64,000 nucleotides of DNA from Bdellovibrionota bacterium (lineage in GTDB: Bacteria > Bdellovibrionota_G > JALEGL01 > DATDPG01): positions 1,792,001 through 1,856,000 of the forward strand of contig OY764265.1 of the NCBI GenBank assembly GCA_963668355.1, in the 5' to 3' direction. The position numbers and the translations under genes were made by a program. Positions within the stretch are counted from its first letter, which is position 1. Each line of letters starts with the position of its first letter. Under the pieces are notes generated by a model, which had not been told where the DNA came from, searched no databases, and was given only the letters and a program-made list of their open reading frames with translations. Below are positions 8,895-19,216 of this stretch, one piece after another.

Positions 8895-11224
8895 CGCATC
8901 CATTTGTTTAAGACCAACATGGCTGTGTCGGCAGATCGAAACACCGGGACACCTCCCTGGAGCAATACATTTGCCATGGCATCGTATTCGCTTCCCGAAT
9001 CCACAACGACAATCACCGGCTTTGTGATCTCTGAAGTGCAGGCCTTGACCACCAAATTGGCGAAACTTTCGGGGTGTTCGGTTCCAGGCCCTTCCGGACC
9101 GTCGGGCTCCCGAGTCTTAAGTGCCTGAGTGAGTGGAACACAGCCGTGGACAATGATGTCTACATTCTGATCTTGGGCCAAAGCTTTCAAAACTTCCGCA
9201 TGGGCATGATCCACGGCCATGGGAGTCAAATCCATTGGATTTCGAATGTCCTGCAATCCAGCGAGCCGATAGGTCTCTAAGATTTGGCCAATTCGTTCTC
9301 GGGTTTTTGTTTCGTAAGAAGCAAATTGAAAAGATTCAGCATGATCGGCGATTCCAACCGTTTCATATCCAGCGTTGGAGATGACCGCCAAGCCTCTTCC
9401 CTTGGGCTTTCGTTTATGCAAAAGGGAGGAAAGCATGAGAAGTCCAAGCCATTCGTCAAACGTTTCCGCCATCGTGCACCCGGCTTGTTCGAGAATGGAA
9501 TGTGCTACCGACCAATCTCCTGCGACAGCTGCGGTGTGGCCGCTAGCGGCGTTTCGACCCGCCTCACTTCGCCCCACTTTGTAGACAATGATGTCTTTTC
9601 CTTGAGAAATGAGTTTTTGTGCAGCTTTGGCGACTTGAAGACCTTCATGGGGGCGGAACCCTTCCACATAGCAACCGAAGGTTTGAATGTGTTTTTGACA
9701 TTCCAAGTACTCGAGAAAATCTCCGATACCAAGATCGACTTGATTTCCGGTGGATGCCACAACTTGAGGAACAAAGCCCCCCATCTTGCTCATTCGACTG
9801 ATGGCAAAGGCGCCCGACTGACTCAAAATGGCCGTGTTTTTTCCGAGTGGATGATCAAAGCACAAGGGAAGCTTGGTCTCTGGAATGAAAAGTGTGTTGT
9901 AGCCCCCCATTCGACTGACAACTCCCAAGGAATTTCCTCCGACCATGATGGGTCCTTGTGTTGGCGTAGTTCGACTTTCTCTTAAGGTTGAGCGAATGTG
10001 AGCCTCGAGGGTTTCTCCGCCTTGCTTTTCACCCATTCCCCCGGTGACAAGAATGATCGACTGGGCCTTGTCGTGAGCGACAATCTGTTCAATCATTTCC
10101 GGTACCATTTGAGCGGGAGTTGTCAGCACCAGCAAATCCACTTTTTGAGGCAAACTCTCAATGGACGGATAACATGTAACTCCATCGATGCTCTCGTCCC
10201 CTTTTTTTACGATGTACAGGTCTTTCTCTTTGAGTTTTCCCTCTAAGAGATTTCTCAGAATGGTTCGTCCTACATTCACATTCTTAGAAGACACGCCCAC
10301 GATACAAGCTGTTTTCGGGAGAAGAAGATGCTGAATTTTTTGAATGGGAAGAGAGGGGAGCTTTTTCTCAGCCGTTTTGAAACGCAAAAGTCCATCGACG
10401 GCCACGGGTCGTTCGTTTTGGATGAAAAAAGGATTGATTTCAAACTCCGTGAACCAAAAAGGAGCCTCGGAGTTTAAATGGGAAAAGTGTGTCAGTCCTT
10501 GTCGAAACTGTTCGATCAATTGCAGAAGGGTTTCGGGTTGGATTACTTTTTCATGTCCCCGAGCTGTTCCGGTGAGTGTTTGAAAAGCCAAGGTTTGCTC
10601 GAAATGATCCGGAGAGCCCACGGTTGGGTCGGCCGAAAACGTGCAAGATGCCAACCCCTTCTTCATGCTTTTGGCAAAGAGTTCCGTATCTACGCCTCCG
10701 AGACCAATGTTTAAAATGGGTCCAAATTCGCGAGTGGATCGAGTGCCAACAAAAAGTTCGTTTCCAAAACCAGGTTTGGATGAGAGGCATTCGCTGACCA
10801 GGACGCCCACGACTTCTTGCTTGAGTGTCTGGATCGCATTTTCTCGAGAAGCGAAGGAGGGCCCTTTTGGAAGCTCTTCGCGTTGATTTAAATATTCAAA
10901 AAGGTTTTCTGGAACCTTTGAAAAGAAATGGGAAAGGTTTTCCCTTACCTCATTTCGTCTAACGATTCGAACTCCCTCCACTTCCGTTTTGTGGGCAATG
11001 CGAGGATGAACAATTTTCAAGACAATTTGATCCCCAGGGATGGCGTCCAGGTAATGAAAATCTTCTTGATCTGGAGTGATCAGGGTGTGGGGGATGGGTT
11101 GGCAGATGCCTAAGAGGGAGAGAAATTGATAGACCTCATGTTCGTAGAGAGATGTCCTCCCGTCAGCATGGATTTTCGAGAGTAACTCTTCAGCCGGTTT
11201 CCAGTTCATGTGAGAACCTTCCAT
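8891..11224 (-). CDS. ADP-forming acyl-CoA synthetase (acetate-CoA ligase family), beta-alpha fusion
   Basis: N-terminal ATP-grasp (AHKTEVEGV, FGP, EINP). C-terminal CoA-binding and ligase domains (SQSGA, AASGHT, NPMDLT). Confidence 0.88.
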   Translation of the reverse strand: MEGSHMNWKPAEELLSKIHADGRTSLYEHEVYQFLSLLGICQPIPHTLITPDQEDFHYLDAIPGDQIVLKIVHPRIAHKTEVEGVRIVRRNEVRENLSHFFSKVPENLFEYLNQREELPKGPSFASRENAIQTLKQEVVGVLVSECLSSKPGFGNELFVGTRSTREFGPILNIGLGGVDTELFAKSMKKGLASCTFSADPTVGSPDHFEQTLAFQTLTGTARGHEKVIQPETLLQLIEQFRQGLTHFSHLNSEAPFWFTEFEINPFFIQNERPVAVDGLLRFKTAEKKLPSLPIQKIQHLLLPKTACIVGVSSKNVNVGRTILRNLLEGKLKEKDLYIVKKGDESIDGVTCYPSIESLPQKVDLLVLTTPAQMVPEMIEQIVAHDKAQSIILVTGGMGEKQGGETLEAHIRSTLRESRTTPTQGPIMVGGNSLGVVSRMGGYNTLFIPETKLPLCFDHPLGKNTAILSQSGAFAISRMSKMGGFVPQVVASTGNQVDLGIGDFLEYLECQKHIQTFGCYVEGFRPHEGLQVAKAAQKLISQGKDIIVYKVGRSEAGRNAASGHTAAVAGDWSVAHSILEQAGCTMAETFDEWLGLLMLSSLLHKRKPKGRGLAVISNAGYETVGIADHAESFQFASYETKTRERIGQILETYRLAGLQDIRNPMDLTPMAVDHAHAEVLKALAQDQNVDIIVHGCVPLTQALKTREPDGPEGPGTEHPESFANLVVKACTSEITKPVIVVVDSGSEYDAMANVLLQGGVPVFRSADTAMLVLNKWMR

Positions 11225-11228
11225 TATG

Positions 11229-11966
11229 TTATAAATGAGCCGGGATGGTCTCTGACCATTTTTCGGTGGGCGTGTTGTTCAAAAGCGTCACCCACTCTTC
11301 AGCTTTCTCAGGAATGGCAGCTTCCAACGTGATGGAAGTCGTTAACGCGCGGAGGGCCTCCAAGCTTGCTCCCTTTTCTTGAACGTTTTTGAGGAATTCA
11401 GCCACTTTCCGTCCGGAGCGAAAAGCGTTCAAATTTGTTTCAACCACTTTCTCCCCTTTGGGTTTCCAAAGATTCGTGACCCATTCTTCAAAACTTTCCA
11501 ATTTCATGGGTAAGTACAAGGAAGCAGCTCCCAGAACGACCATTCCTTGCGCCAAAGAACTTCCCGCATTCTTAGCCAATGTCATTGCATCGAGGGGAAT
11601 CGTGGTGGGAACCCGTTCGAACTCTTTCCAGAGGCTTTCTGCGTCTGGGTAGTTGGGTATGTTCACAAAAGAGTTGATGCTGGTCACGATGGTTCCCTCG
11701 GGTTTTAGATACTGTGTGTATCGGAGGGCTTCCAGGGGCTCAACGGCGAGAATGAGATCACATTGCCCCAGAGGAATGAGGTCGCTGGCAATGGGTTGGT
11801 CGGATATTCTCAGATTGCTTTGAACGGCTCCCCCTCTTTGCGCCATTCCATGTACTTCTGCTTGTTTGAAGTTGAGTTTTTCTTTGAGAGCTGCATTACA
11901 TAAAACGAATGCAACCGAAAGAATTCCCTGTCCCCCGACGCCCGCAATGATGATGTTTTTTTGCAT
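11229..11966 (-). CDS. iorB: Indolepyruvate:ferredoxin oxidoreductase beta subunit
   Basis: AGVGGQG, EVHGMAQRGG and EPLEALRY motifs. Confidence 0.93.
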   Translation of the reverse strand: MQKNIIIAGVGGQGILSVAFVLCNAALKEKLNFKQAEVHGMAQRGGAVQSNLRISDQPIASDLIPLGQCDLILAVEPLEALRYTQYLKPEGTIVTSINSFVNIPNYPDAESLWKEFERVPTTIPLDAMTLAKNAGSSLAQGMVVLGAASLYLPMKLESFEEWVTNLWKPKGEKVVETNLNAFRSGRKVAEFLKNVQEKGASLEALRALTTSITLEAAIPEKAEEWVTLLNNTPTEKWSETIPAHL

Positions 11967-11979
11967 GGTTCGACTCCTC

Positions 11980-13590
11980 TTATTTCGCTTGTGCTTTCTT
12001 CTTGTTGGATTTTTTTAAACTTTCCAAACATTCGCGTTGAGCGACCACAACGCTCAATCCCTTGTAATCCAGTTCTTTTTTCAATTTTTCGACATTTTCA
12101 TCATGCTTCTTAGGAAGGGGGTCAAGTTTAATCACGTGTTCTGCAGGGACGCCCAATCCTTTGACGATATTGAAAATGGGTTCTCCTGTGGCGGCAGACT
12201 TCTGCCCGCCGGTCATGGCTGTTGTGGAGTTGTCCAGAATCAGAACGGTCATGGGGGTGTTCTCATCCACAGCGTCGAGTAATGGCGTCATTCCACTATG
12301 TGTGAAGGTGCTGTCACCGATCGCAGCCACGGAGGGATGAACTCCTGCGTGAGCTGCTCCTGCGCTCATGGAAATGCTGGCCCCCATATCCACACAGCTT
12401 TGAATGGCATTGTAAGGGGGGAGTGCTGCCAGTGTATAGCAACCGATGTCTCCGAAGACATCTCCCTGTGAGAAGGTTTTCATAGCATCGCGAAGCGCAT
12501 CAAAGGTAAACGCATGAGGGCAGCCGGTGCATAATTGAGGAGGTCGTTTGGCCAGCTCTTCATGGGAAACCAGCGCGTCGTGAGCCTGCAAGCCTAAAGC
12601 TTTTCGTGCCAGGTCTGGATCCAGCTCTCCGGTTCGAGGCAAGTCTCCGGAAAGTTTTCCTTTGATCGTTTTTCCTTCAATCTCCATGAATCCACGGAGG
12701 CGTTGCTCGATGAAGGGATAGCCTTCTTCCAAAACCAATATTTCATCGGCATGGTTTACGAGTTGGCGAATTTTCTCCGTGGGAGCTGGGTATTGGCGGA
12801 TCGTCAGAATGGAATATTCATTTTGCGAATCTGCCAAATTTTCATGCAGATAGTTGATGGCAATGCCGGTTACGATGATTCCTTTTTTTGAGCCTGGAAC
12901 CAGGTTTAATTTGTTGTAGGCGCTTTTTTCACTTTCTTGATCAAAACTGGCTTGGGCTTTTGTGAGTCTGGAATAATTCTGACGCGCATACACAGGAAGC
13001 AGAGTCCACTTGGGCTGGTCCTTGGAGGGATTGAGCGCGTTTTCATTTCGGTTTTCCGGTTCCACTTCAATATTGGCTCGAGAATGGGCCAAACGCGTGA
13101 CCAAGCGTAACATGACTGGAACATTGAGTTTCTCGGAGAGGTCAAAAGCCTCTCGGGTCATGTCATAGGCTTCTTGTTGATTGCTCGGTTCTAAGACAGG
13201 AATCATGGCAAAGTCACCAAAATAACGAGAGTCCTGTTCGTTCTGACTCGAATGCATTCCAGGGTCATCGGCCACGGCGATGACCAACCCCCCATTTACA
13301 CCGGTGATTGCTGAATTCATAAAAGCATCCGCCGCCACATTTAGGCCGACATGCTTCATCGTGATCAAGGCCCTTTTCCCGGCATAGCTCATTCCCAGCG
13401 CTTCTTCGTAAGCGGCCTTTTCATTGGTGGACCATCGAGCATGAACATTTTTGTCTCGATCAAATCGTTTGATGGATTCAAAAATCTCTGTGGAGGGTGT
13501 CCCTGGGTATCCATAAACTCCGGAAATGCCAGAGGCAATGGCTCCCATGGAAACAGCTTCGTCACCGAGTAAAATTGCAGTTTTTTTCAT
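11980..13590 (-). CDS. iorA: Indolepyruvate:ferredoxin oxidoreductase alpha subunit
   Basis: YPGTPSTE, MKHVGLNVAAD, SSQNEQD, LCTGCPH, GDIGCY, and TPP motif GDSTF…DN. Confidence 0.95.
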   Translation of the reverse strand: MKKTAILLGDEAVSMGAIASGISGVYGYPGTPSTEIFESIKRFDRDKNVHARWSTNEKAAYEEALGMSYAGKRALITMKHVGLNVAADAFMNSAITGVNGGLVIAVADDPGMHSSQNEQDSRYFGDFAMIPVLEPSNQQEAYDMTREAFDLSEKLNVPVMLRLVTRLAHSRANIEVEPENRNENALNPSKDQPKWTLLPVYARQNYSRLTKAQASFDQESEKSAYNKLNLVPGSKKGIIVTGIAINYLHENLADSQNEYSILTIRQYPAPTEKIRQLVNHADEILVLEEGYPFIEQRLRGFMEIEGKTIKGKLSGDLPRTGELDPDLARKALGLQAHDALVSHEELAKRPPQLCTGCPHAFTFDALRDAMKTFSQGDVFGDIGCYTLAALPPYNAIQSCVDMGASISMSAGAAHAGVHPSVAAIGDSTFTHSGMTPLLDAVDENTPMTVLILDNSTTAMTGGQKSAATGEPIFNIVKGLGVPAEHVIKLDPLPKKHDENVEKLKKELDYKGLSVVVAQRECLESLKKSNKKKAQAK

Positions 13591-13625
13591 TGCATGCCTT
13601 TCGTTTGTTCCTGATCTTATGGGGC

Positions 13626-13653
13626 CTTATAGCGAGAAGGGGGAAGTTTGCAA
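13626..13653 (-). promoter_or_regulatory. Putative sigma-70 promoter of iorA-iorB-acd
   Basis: TTGCAA-N16-TATAAG on the minus strand. Confidence 0.4.
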
Positions 13654-13771
13654 GGACCCAGACCAGGCCTTTTAAAAGGTTTAGAGTGGCGGATATGCGG
13701 AAGGAGAGAAGCTTTGCGGGATGTTTCCCAAATCATTTTTTGGATTTCGAAGGGATTTGGAGGGCTTGAGA

Positions 13772-13801
13772 TTGCGCTTTTCTTCTCCCTTCAGGTAGAG
13801 T
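13772..13801 (+). promoter_or_regulatory. Putative sigma-70 promoter of tRNA-Pro
   Basis: TTGCGC-N18-TAGAGT, 18 nt upstream of the tRNA. Confidence 0.4.
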
Positions 13802-13819
13802 ACAAGCGCTTGAACAAGT

Positions 13820-13896
<77 letters not shown>

Positions 13897-13936
13897 AAAA
13901 AAAGGCCTCCACCCGAAAGGGTGGGGGCTTTTTTTT
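13897..13936. terminator. Bidirectional intrinsic terminator between tRNA-Pro and rdgB
   Basis: A-tract, GCCTCCACCC-GAAA-GGGTGGGGGC hairpin, then T-tract. Confidence 0.88.
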
Positions 13937-13951
13937 GGCGGGGCGGTTTTA

Positions 13952-14548
13952 TTAGAGGAAGGTTTTTAGGATCTTTAGCATTTGATCCAGGGCTTTTGCG
14001 CGGTGGCTGATTCGATTTTTCTCTTCCAACGAAATTTGGGCCATGGTGAGGCTTCGGTCCGGAAGAAGAAAGTGGGGGTCGTATCCAAAACCGTCACTTC
14101 CTCTAGGATCATCCACGATCCTTCCTTCCACCGTTCCTTCGGTATGAAGAACGTCGCCTTCCGGACGACAAAAGACCATGACACAACGAAACCGTGCTGT
14201 TCTTTGCTCTGGGGGAACCTTTTGGAGAAGTTGGATCAGCTTTTGATTGTTTTCAAGGTCGGTCGCTTGGGGCCCTGCAAATCGAGCGGAAAAAATGCCG
14301 GGTTTGCCTTGCAGGGCATCCACTTCGATTCCCGAATCATCGGCAAGCGTCGAAATGTTTAGAGCTTTTGCGATGGTTTGAGCCTTCTTGGTGGCGTTTC
14401 CCAAAAAAGAGTCCTGATCTTCAATCACGTCGGGAATGGACAGGTTTTCAAGAGACTCCAATTCCAGTTGGGGAAAGGTCTTCTCAAATCTGTGAGAAAT
14501 TTCCCGAAACTTTCCCCGGTTCCGCGTCGCAAGAATCAATCGGGTCAT
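13952..14548 (-). CDS. rdgB: Non-canonical purine NTP pyrophosphatase
   Basis: ATRNRGK, ADDSG, GFGYDP and SHR motifs. Confidence 0.96.
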   Translation of the reverse strand: MTRLILATRNRGKFREISHRFEKTFPQLELESLENLSIPDVIEDQDSFLGNATKKAQTIAKALNISTLADDSGIEVDALQGKPGIFSARFAGPQATDLENNQKLIQLLQKVPPEQRTARFRCVMVFCRPEGDVLHTEGTVEGRIVDDPRGSDGFGYDPHFLLPDRSLTMAQISLEEKNRISHRAKALDQMLKILKTFL

Positions 14549-14554
14549 GGTCCG

Positions 14555-15265
14555 TTAAGCCAACGCTTCTTTCTGTTGCTGAATGATGTGTTCAATGGCT
14601 TTCGAGGCCTCGGCTAACATGTTTTGCGCCTCTTCGGCTGAAAACCAGGCATGCTCCGCTGTTCCTTGGAGTTCGACAATGCGGCTTTCCTCTAACATCA
14701 CAAAATTCATATCGACATCACATTTGCTGTCTTGTTCGTAGTCCAAATCCACAAGTACTTTTCCGGACTTTAAACCCAAGCTAATGGCGGCAACGGCTGA
14801 TTTAATGGGACTGGTTGCAATGGCTTTGTTTTTTTGAAGCTTTTGTACGGCCAAGGCCAAAGCCACAAAAGCACCATTGATGGAGGCCGTTCGAGTCCCC
14901 CCATCAGCTTGAATGACATCACAGTCGATGAGAATGGTTCGTTCTCCGAGGGCTGTAAGATCAATGCAGGCACGTAGGGCCCGGCCGATCAAGCGCTGAA
15001 TTTCCTGGGTCCGACCGCTTTGTTTTCCTCGGACGGCTTCCCGTTTCGTTCGGCTATGTGTCGCGGCTGGAAGCATCGAGTACTCCGCAGTAACCCAGCC
15101 TTGATTTTTGTTTTGCAACCAAGGGGGAACCGAATGTTCAACACTGGCAGTGCACATGACCCACGTATTTCCCATGCGTACCAAACAAGATCCGTCCGGG
15201 TGGGTGGTAAAAGATGTTTCGAAACTCATGGGCCTAAGTCCGAGTTCATTCCGTTTCATATTCAT
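14555..15265 (-). CDS. rph: Ribonuclease PH
   Basis: GWVTAEYSMLP, GRTQEIQRLIGR, DCDVIQADGGTRTA and DMN. Start is 15265 or 15259. Confidence 0.97.
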   Translation of the reverse strand: MNMKRNELGLRPMSFETSFTTHPDGSCLVRMGNTWVMCTASVEHSVPPWLQNKNQGWVTAEYSMLPAATHSRTKREAVRGKQSGRTQEIQRLIGRALRACIDLTALGERTILIDCDVIQADGGTRTASINGAFVALALAVQKLQKNKAIATSPIKSAVAAISLGLKSGKVLVDLDYEQDSKCDVDMNFVMLEESRIVELQGTAEHAWFSAEEAQNMLAEASKAIEHIIQQQKEALA

Positions 15266-15935
15266 GGGGGGAATTCTTCCTTTCAAAGCGGTATTGGTCA
15301 ATAGCCCGAACCATTTCTTGTGCGACTTGGCGTTGTTTTTCGACGTTCAACCACTTTGAGGCATCCAAAGAGGAAAGGTAGTCAAACTCAATCATTACTC
15401 CGGGTATCGACACCCCCACCAACGGGGCTAGAAGCTGCTCAGAGACGTGCAACTTCGAAACCATGGTTTGGGGTTTAAAGGCAGTCACAAGAAGCTCAGC
15501 CAAGGCGTAGGAGGAGTGTAAAACCGCATCTTGCGACTGTTCGATGGGACGAAGCTTTTGGGTCGTTGTGGCGAGGCTGTGTTTTTGGATATAGATATGC
15601 GTTCCCGTTAAATGCGGGTCGGCTGAAACCGCAAAATGAAAACTCAAAAAAACCCCATTTTTTACGGAACTGGCGACACGTCTTCGTTCATTAAAGGAGA
15701 TCAAATCATCTCCTTGGCGCGTTAAGGTGACGACGATGTCGTCTTGGTCTTGGAATTCTTTTTCAACGGCTTGGGCCAGGGCCAAGGTAAGGTTCTTTTC
15801 TTTCAGTTTTCCGTATTCAATCCCGGTGTCCGAGCCTCCATGGCCTGGATCCAAAACCACATGAAAGCTTTGAGCAAAGCCTTTCAGCGGGAAGAGGGCG
15901 AGGAAAATCGCCAGAAGTTTAAGGTAACGAAACAT
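15246..15935 (-). CDS. N-acetylmuramoyl-L-alanine amidase (Amidase_3)
   Basis: Signal peptide from MFRYLK, LDPGHGG, EK, LTR, S.H and IE..YLS motifs. Confidence 0.88.
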   Translation of the reverse strand: MFRYLKLLAIFLALFPLKGFAQSFHVVLDPGHGGSDTGIEYGKLKEKNLTLALAQAVEKEFQDQDDIVVTLTRQGDDLISFNERRRVASSVKNGVFLSFHFAVSADPHLTGTHIYIQKHSLATTTQKLRPIEQSQDAVLHSSYALAELLVTAFKPQTMVSKLHVSEQLLAPLVGVSIPGVMIEFDYLSSLDASKWLNVEKQRQVAQEMVRAIDQYRFERKNSPHEYETE

Positions 15936-16605
15936 ACCTTTTCCATTCCGTCTCTCCGAACCGATTTTGCACAAAGCGAAGACCTTCTCGAATTGAAGAA
16001 AGTTGAAACGGACGATGCAAGTCGCTGGCGACCAGGTCCACAAGCTTGAGTCGAAAGAGTTCTACGGCTGCTTTTCGAATGGCTGGATGGGCTGAAGGGG
16101 CGAGGTTGGCCAGGTCAACCTGAATTCGAAAGCCCAATTCTCGATACGTTTTGGCCCTCTTGGGCTCTTTGATGATGGAATCGTATCGTTCCGCGTGGGC
16201 TAAAATTGGGAAAATCAACTTCTTTTGAAGCTCTTTTGCGTAGGCTGCAAGGACTTGGGGAGCGGCAATGGAGGGAAGCTCAATCAGTTGGAATCGACGA
16301 TTTTCCCATGAAAAAGGAAAGGTATCTCGCTCCGGTGCTGTGAGAAGAGCAGGATCCAGAAAACACTCCCTTCCGCGAATCAGATTGACCTCGATCCCAT
16401 GCTGAAGAATCAGGGCCTGGGTTTTTTCCATCGCGGCATCGATGGACTCAAGAGAGGGGGTGTAACGTCCGGGGTAAAAATGGGGTGTACACACCAAATC
16501 TGAAAACCCCATTTCGGAAAGGCCTCGAACACATTCGAGGGTTTCCTCCAAAGATTTAGATCCATCATCAACCTCGGGAAGGATATGGGAGTGGACATCC
16601 AACAT
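15919..16605 (-). CDS. CpsB/CapC/YwqE-family PHP tyrosine phosphatase
   Basis: DVHSHILPEVDDG, TPH, AHAERY and ASDLH motifs. Confidence 0.9.
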   Translation of the reverse strand: MLDVHSHILPEVDDGSKSLEETLECVRGLSEMGFSDLVCTPHFYPGRYTPSLESIDAAMEKTQALILQHGIEVNLIRGRECFLDPALLTAPERDTFPFSWENRRFQLIELPSIAAPQVLAAYAKELQKKLIFPILAHAERYDSIIKEPKRAKTYRELGFRIQVDLANLAPSAHPAIRKAAVELFRLKLVDLVASDLHRPFQLSSIREGLRFVQNRFGETEWKRYVSLP

Positions 16606-16682
16606 TTGGCCAAAAGTTTACCACAAGAAACGGGTTCAAAAAGGTCATGACGGAAAAAGCCATAATGGTACGATGCGTTTGA

Positions 16683-18317
16683 ATGAAAGTTGCGTTAGCT
16701 CAGATCAACACCTCCATGGGAGCGATTTCGGAAAACTGTGCCCGAATGGATCGTTTTTTGAGAGAAGCTCGATCCAAAGGGGCAGACCTCACCATTTTCC
16801 CGGAATTAGCGGTCATTGGATATCCCCCTAAAGATTTGTTGGACCAACAAGGTTTTATGCAACGTGGCCAAGAGGCTCTTGAAAAACTTGCGTCGCATCA
16901 TGCGGATCAAAATTTCATTGTGGGGGGGGTCGAGGCCAAAGGCCAAAAGGGGATTGGTCGTTTCAACTCTGCTTTTCTGATCTCCCAAGGAAAAATTTTA
17001 TTTTCCCAGCCCAAACAACTTCTACCTACGTACGATATTTTTGATGAAGCGCGATATTTCGATTCCGGAGAAGAGAGCAACGTTTTTTCTTTGGGTCACT
17101 TGAAAGTGGGTCTGACCATTTGTGAAGACATTTGGACGGACGAAGAATTCCTGGGAAAATCTTTGTATCAAAAACGACCGATTCAAAGCTTAAACCAACA
17201 GGGAGCGGATCTGTTCATAAATCTTTCTGCGTCTCCATTTCATTTGGGAAAGCCGGAAACGCTGTTTCGTTTGGCTCAAAAAACGGTTTCTGTAACAGGA
17301 AAACCTTTTTTGTTGGTGAATCTCGTGGGAGGAAACGACGAAATTCTTTTTCACGGGGGTAGCTTTGCGTTGGATCACCGGGGAAAGCTCTTGGGTCGGG
17401 CAAAGGTTTTTCAAGAAGATTTGTTGGTGATCGATCTCGACAAATCTTCAGGAAAAATTGAAACGTGGCCTGAGAAGGAAGAAGTGTGGAACTACCAGGC
17501 GTTGGCCATGGGGTTGCATGACTATGTAAAAAAAACGGGTTTTTCAAAAGTACTGCTTGGCCTTTCCGGAGGCATTGACTCAAGTTTGGTTGCCCTTTTG
17601 GCCGCCCAGGCTCTGGGCCCCAAGAATGTGATGGGGGTTTCCATGCCGTCCCGGTACACGAGTCAGGAGAGCCAGGAAGATGCAGAATCTCAAGCCAAGG
17701 CCATGGGGATTGACTTCGTAACCCTGCCCATCGAACCGATGTTTCGCTCCTTTGAGGAAAGCTTGGAAGGAGTTTTTAAGGGATTCCCCCGAGATGTGAC
17801 CGAAGAAAATATTCAGGCTCGAATTCGAGGAAATCTTCTGATGGCTTTGTCCAACAAATTTCGGGCACTTCTATTGAGCACGGGAAACAAATCCGAGTTG
17901 GCGGTGGGGTATTGTACGCAGTATGGAGATCTAACGGGAGGTCTCGCTGTGATTTCGGATCTACCAAAGCAATCCGTGTACCGAATGGCGAGAGAACTCA
18001 ATCAAAAGTGGAATCAGGCGATTCCCGAACGCGTGTTTGTACGACCTCCCACGGCGGAATTGGCTCCCAACCAGAAGGACCAAGACAGTCTACCTCCCTA
18101 CGATGTATTGGACATGATTGTAAACGCATACATCGAAGATCAACAATCGATTGCCTCGATGGTTCAGTCGGGAATGGATCCGCACTGGGTGGAAAAAGTT
18201 GTGATGATGATTGATCGAAATGAGTTTAAGCGCCGGCAGGCTCCTCCGGGGCTAAGACTGACTTCAAAGGCTTTTGGAATCGGTCGACGTATGCCCGTGG
18301 CTCGAGGTGCGTTATGA
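16683..18317 (+). CDS. nadE: Glutamine-dependent NAD+ synthetase
   Basis: Nitrilase-like domain (FPEL, K, ICED) plus SGGIDS, ENIQAR, TGNKSE and EFKRRQ. Confidence 0.97.
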   Translation: MKVALAQINTSMGAISENCARMDRFLREARSKGADLTIFPELAVIGYPPKDLLDQQGFMQRGQEALEKLASHHADQNFIVGGVEAKGQKGIGRFNSAFLISQGKILFSQPKQLLPTYDIFDEARYFDSGEESNVFSLGHLKVGLTICEDIWTDEEFLGKSLYQKRPIQSLNQQGADLFINLSASPFHLGKPETLFRLAQKTVSVTGKPFLLVNLVGGNDEILFHGGSFALDHRGKLLGRAKVFQEDLLVIDLDKSSGKIETWPEKEEVWNYQALAMGLHDYVKKTGFSKVLLGLSGGIDSSLVALLAAQALGPKNVMGVSMPSRYTSQESQEDAESQAKAMGIDFVTLPIEPMFRSFEESLEGVFKGFPRDVTEENIQARIRGNLLMALSNKFRALLLSTGNKSELAVGYCTQYGDLTGGLAVISDLPKQSVYRMARELNQKWNQAIPERVFVRPPTAELAPNQKDQDSLPPYDVLDMIVNAYIEDQQSIASMVQSGMDPHWVEKVVMMIDRNEFKRRQAPPGLRLTSKAFGIGRRMPVARGAL

Positions 18318-19216
18318 AATTGAAACGCGTGGCTGTGGTGTATAAGAAAACCTCCTTTCAGCTCTATACGCAAGATCGTCAAGATCAACGTTTCATGAAA
18401 TTGATCAACGAAGATCATCACCTGGCCAAACGTCTCATCCCTAGTCATGAAAACCATATGCGTGCTTTGGAAAGAGTGGATCGAGCCTTGCAAGACCACC
18501 AAGTCAAAGCGGATTTCATTTATCGATCCAGGCCGTTTAAAGAAGCGGAATATGACTTGGTGATGACGTTAGGAGGAGATGGAACCTTCTTGGAAGCGTC
18601 TCATCGAATCCAGAATATTCCCATTTTGGGGATCAATTCGAGTCCTGAAGATAGCGTGGGCGTGTTCTGTGGGATCGGAACAGCTGAGGTCGGAGAAGCT
18701 GTCGAAAAAATTCGAAAGAATCAATTTCCTAAGACACATGTCACTCGTTTAAAAGCGCAGCTTGGAAAACGCGTATTGCCTTTTTCCATTTTGAACGATG
18801 TTTTGATTGCGCACGCAAATCCGGCAGCCACTTCTCGGTATGTTTTAAGAGTTGGAAAGCGAGAAGAAGACCAAAAGTCCTCCGGTATTTGGGTGGCCCC
18901 AGCGTCAGGTGCAACGGCCGCCATTGGAGCTGCAGGAGGAGAAATCCAGTCCATGGCTTCTCGACGCTATCAATTTCGTGTGCGTGAGTTGTATTGGGAT
19001 CAAGCCAATCGTTGCAAATTGGAGGGTGGCTTTTTGAATTCTAAGGCAAAGCTTAAAGTGATTTCCAAGATGCGAGCCGGAAGAGTCTTTTTGGATGGTC
19101 CTCATTCTTCTTTTGTGTTTTCCGTAGGTGACGAGCTGGAGATTTCGACAGAGGCACCGATGTTGACCATTTTGGGTATCAATGACGATCGACGAAGAAA
19201 GAGATTCGCGAAGTGA
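18314..19216 (+). CDS. nadK: NAD(H) kinase
   Basis: GGDGTFL, LND and SSGIWV..GATA motifs. Confidence 0.9.
   Translation: MKLKRVAVVYKKTSFQLYTQDRQDQRFMKLINEDHHLAKRLIPSHENHMRALERVDRALQDHQVKADFIYRSRPFKEAEYDLVMTLGGDGTFLEASHRIQNIPILGINSSPEDSVGVFCGIGTAEVGEAVEKIRKNQFPKTHVTRLKAQLGKRVLPFSILNDVLIAHANPAATSRYVLRVGKREEDQKSSGIWVAPASGATAAIGAAGGEIQSMASRRYQFRVRELYWDQANRCKLEGGFLNSKAKLKVISKMRAGRVFLDGPHSSFVFSVGDELEISTEAPMLTILGINDDRRRKRFAK

Noticed and set aside
9284..9985. 233-aa plus-strand ORF
   Set aside because: Shadow of the acyl-CoA ligase gene.
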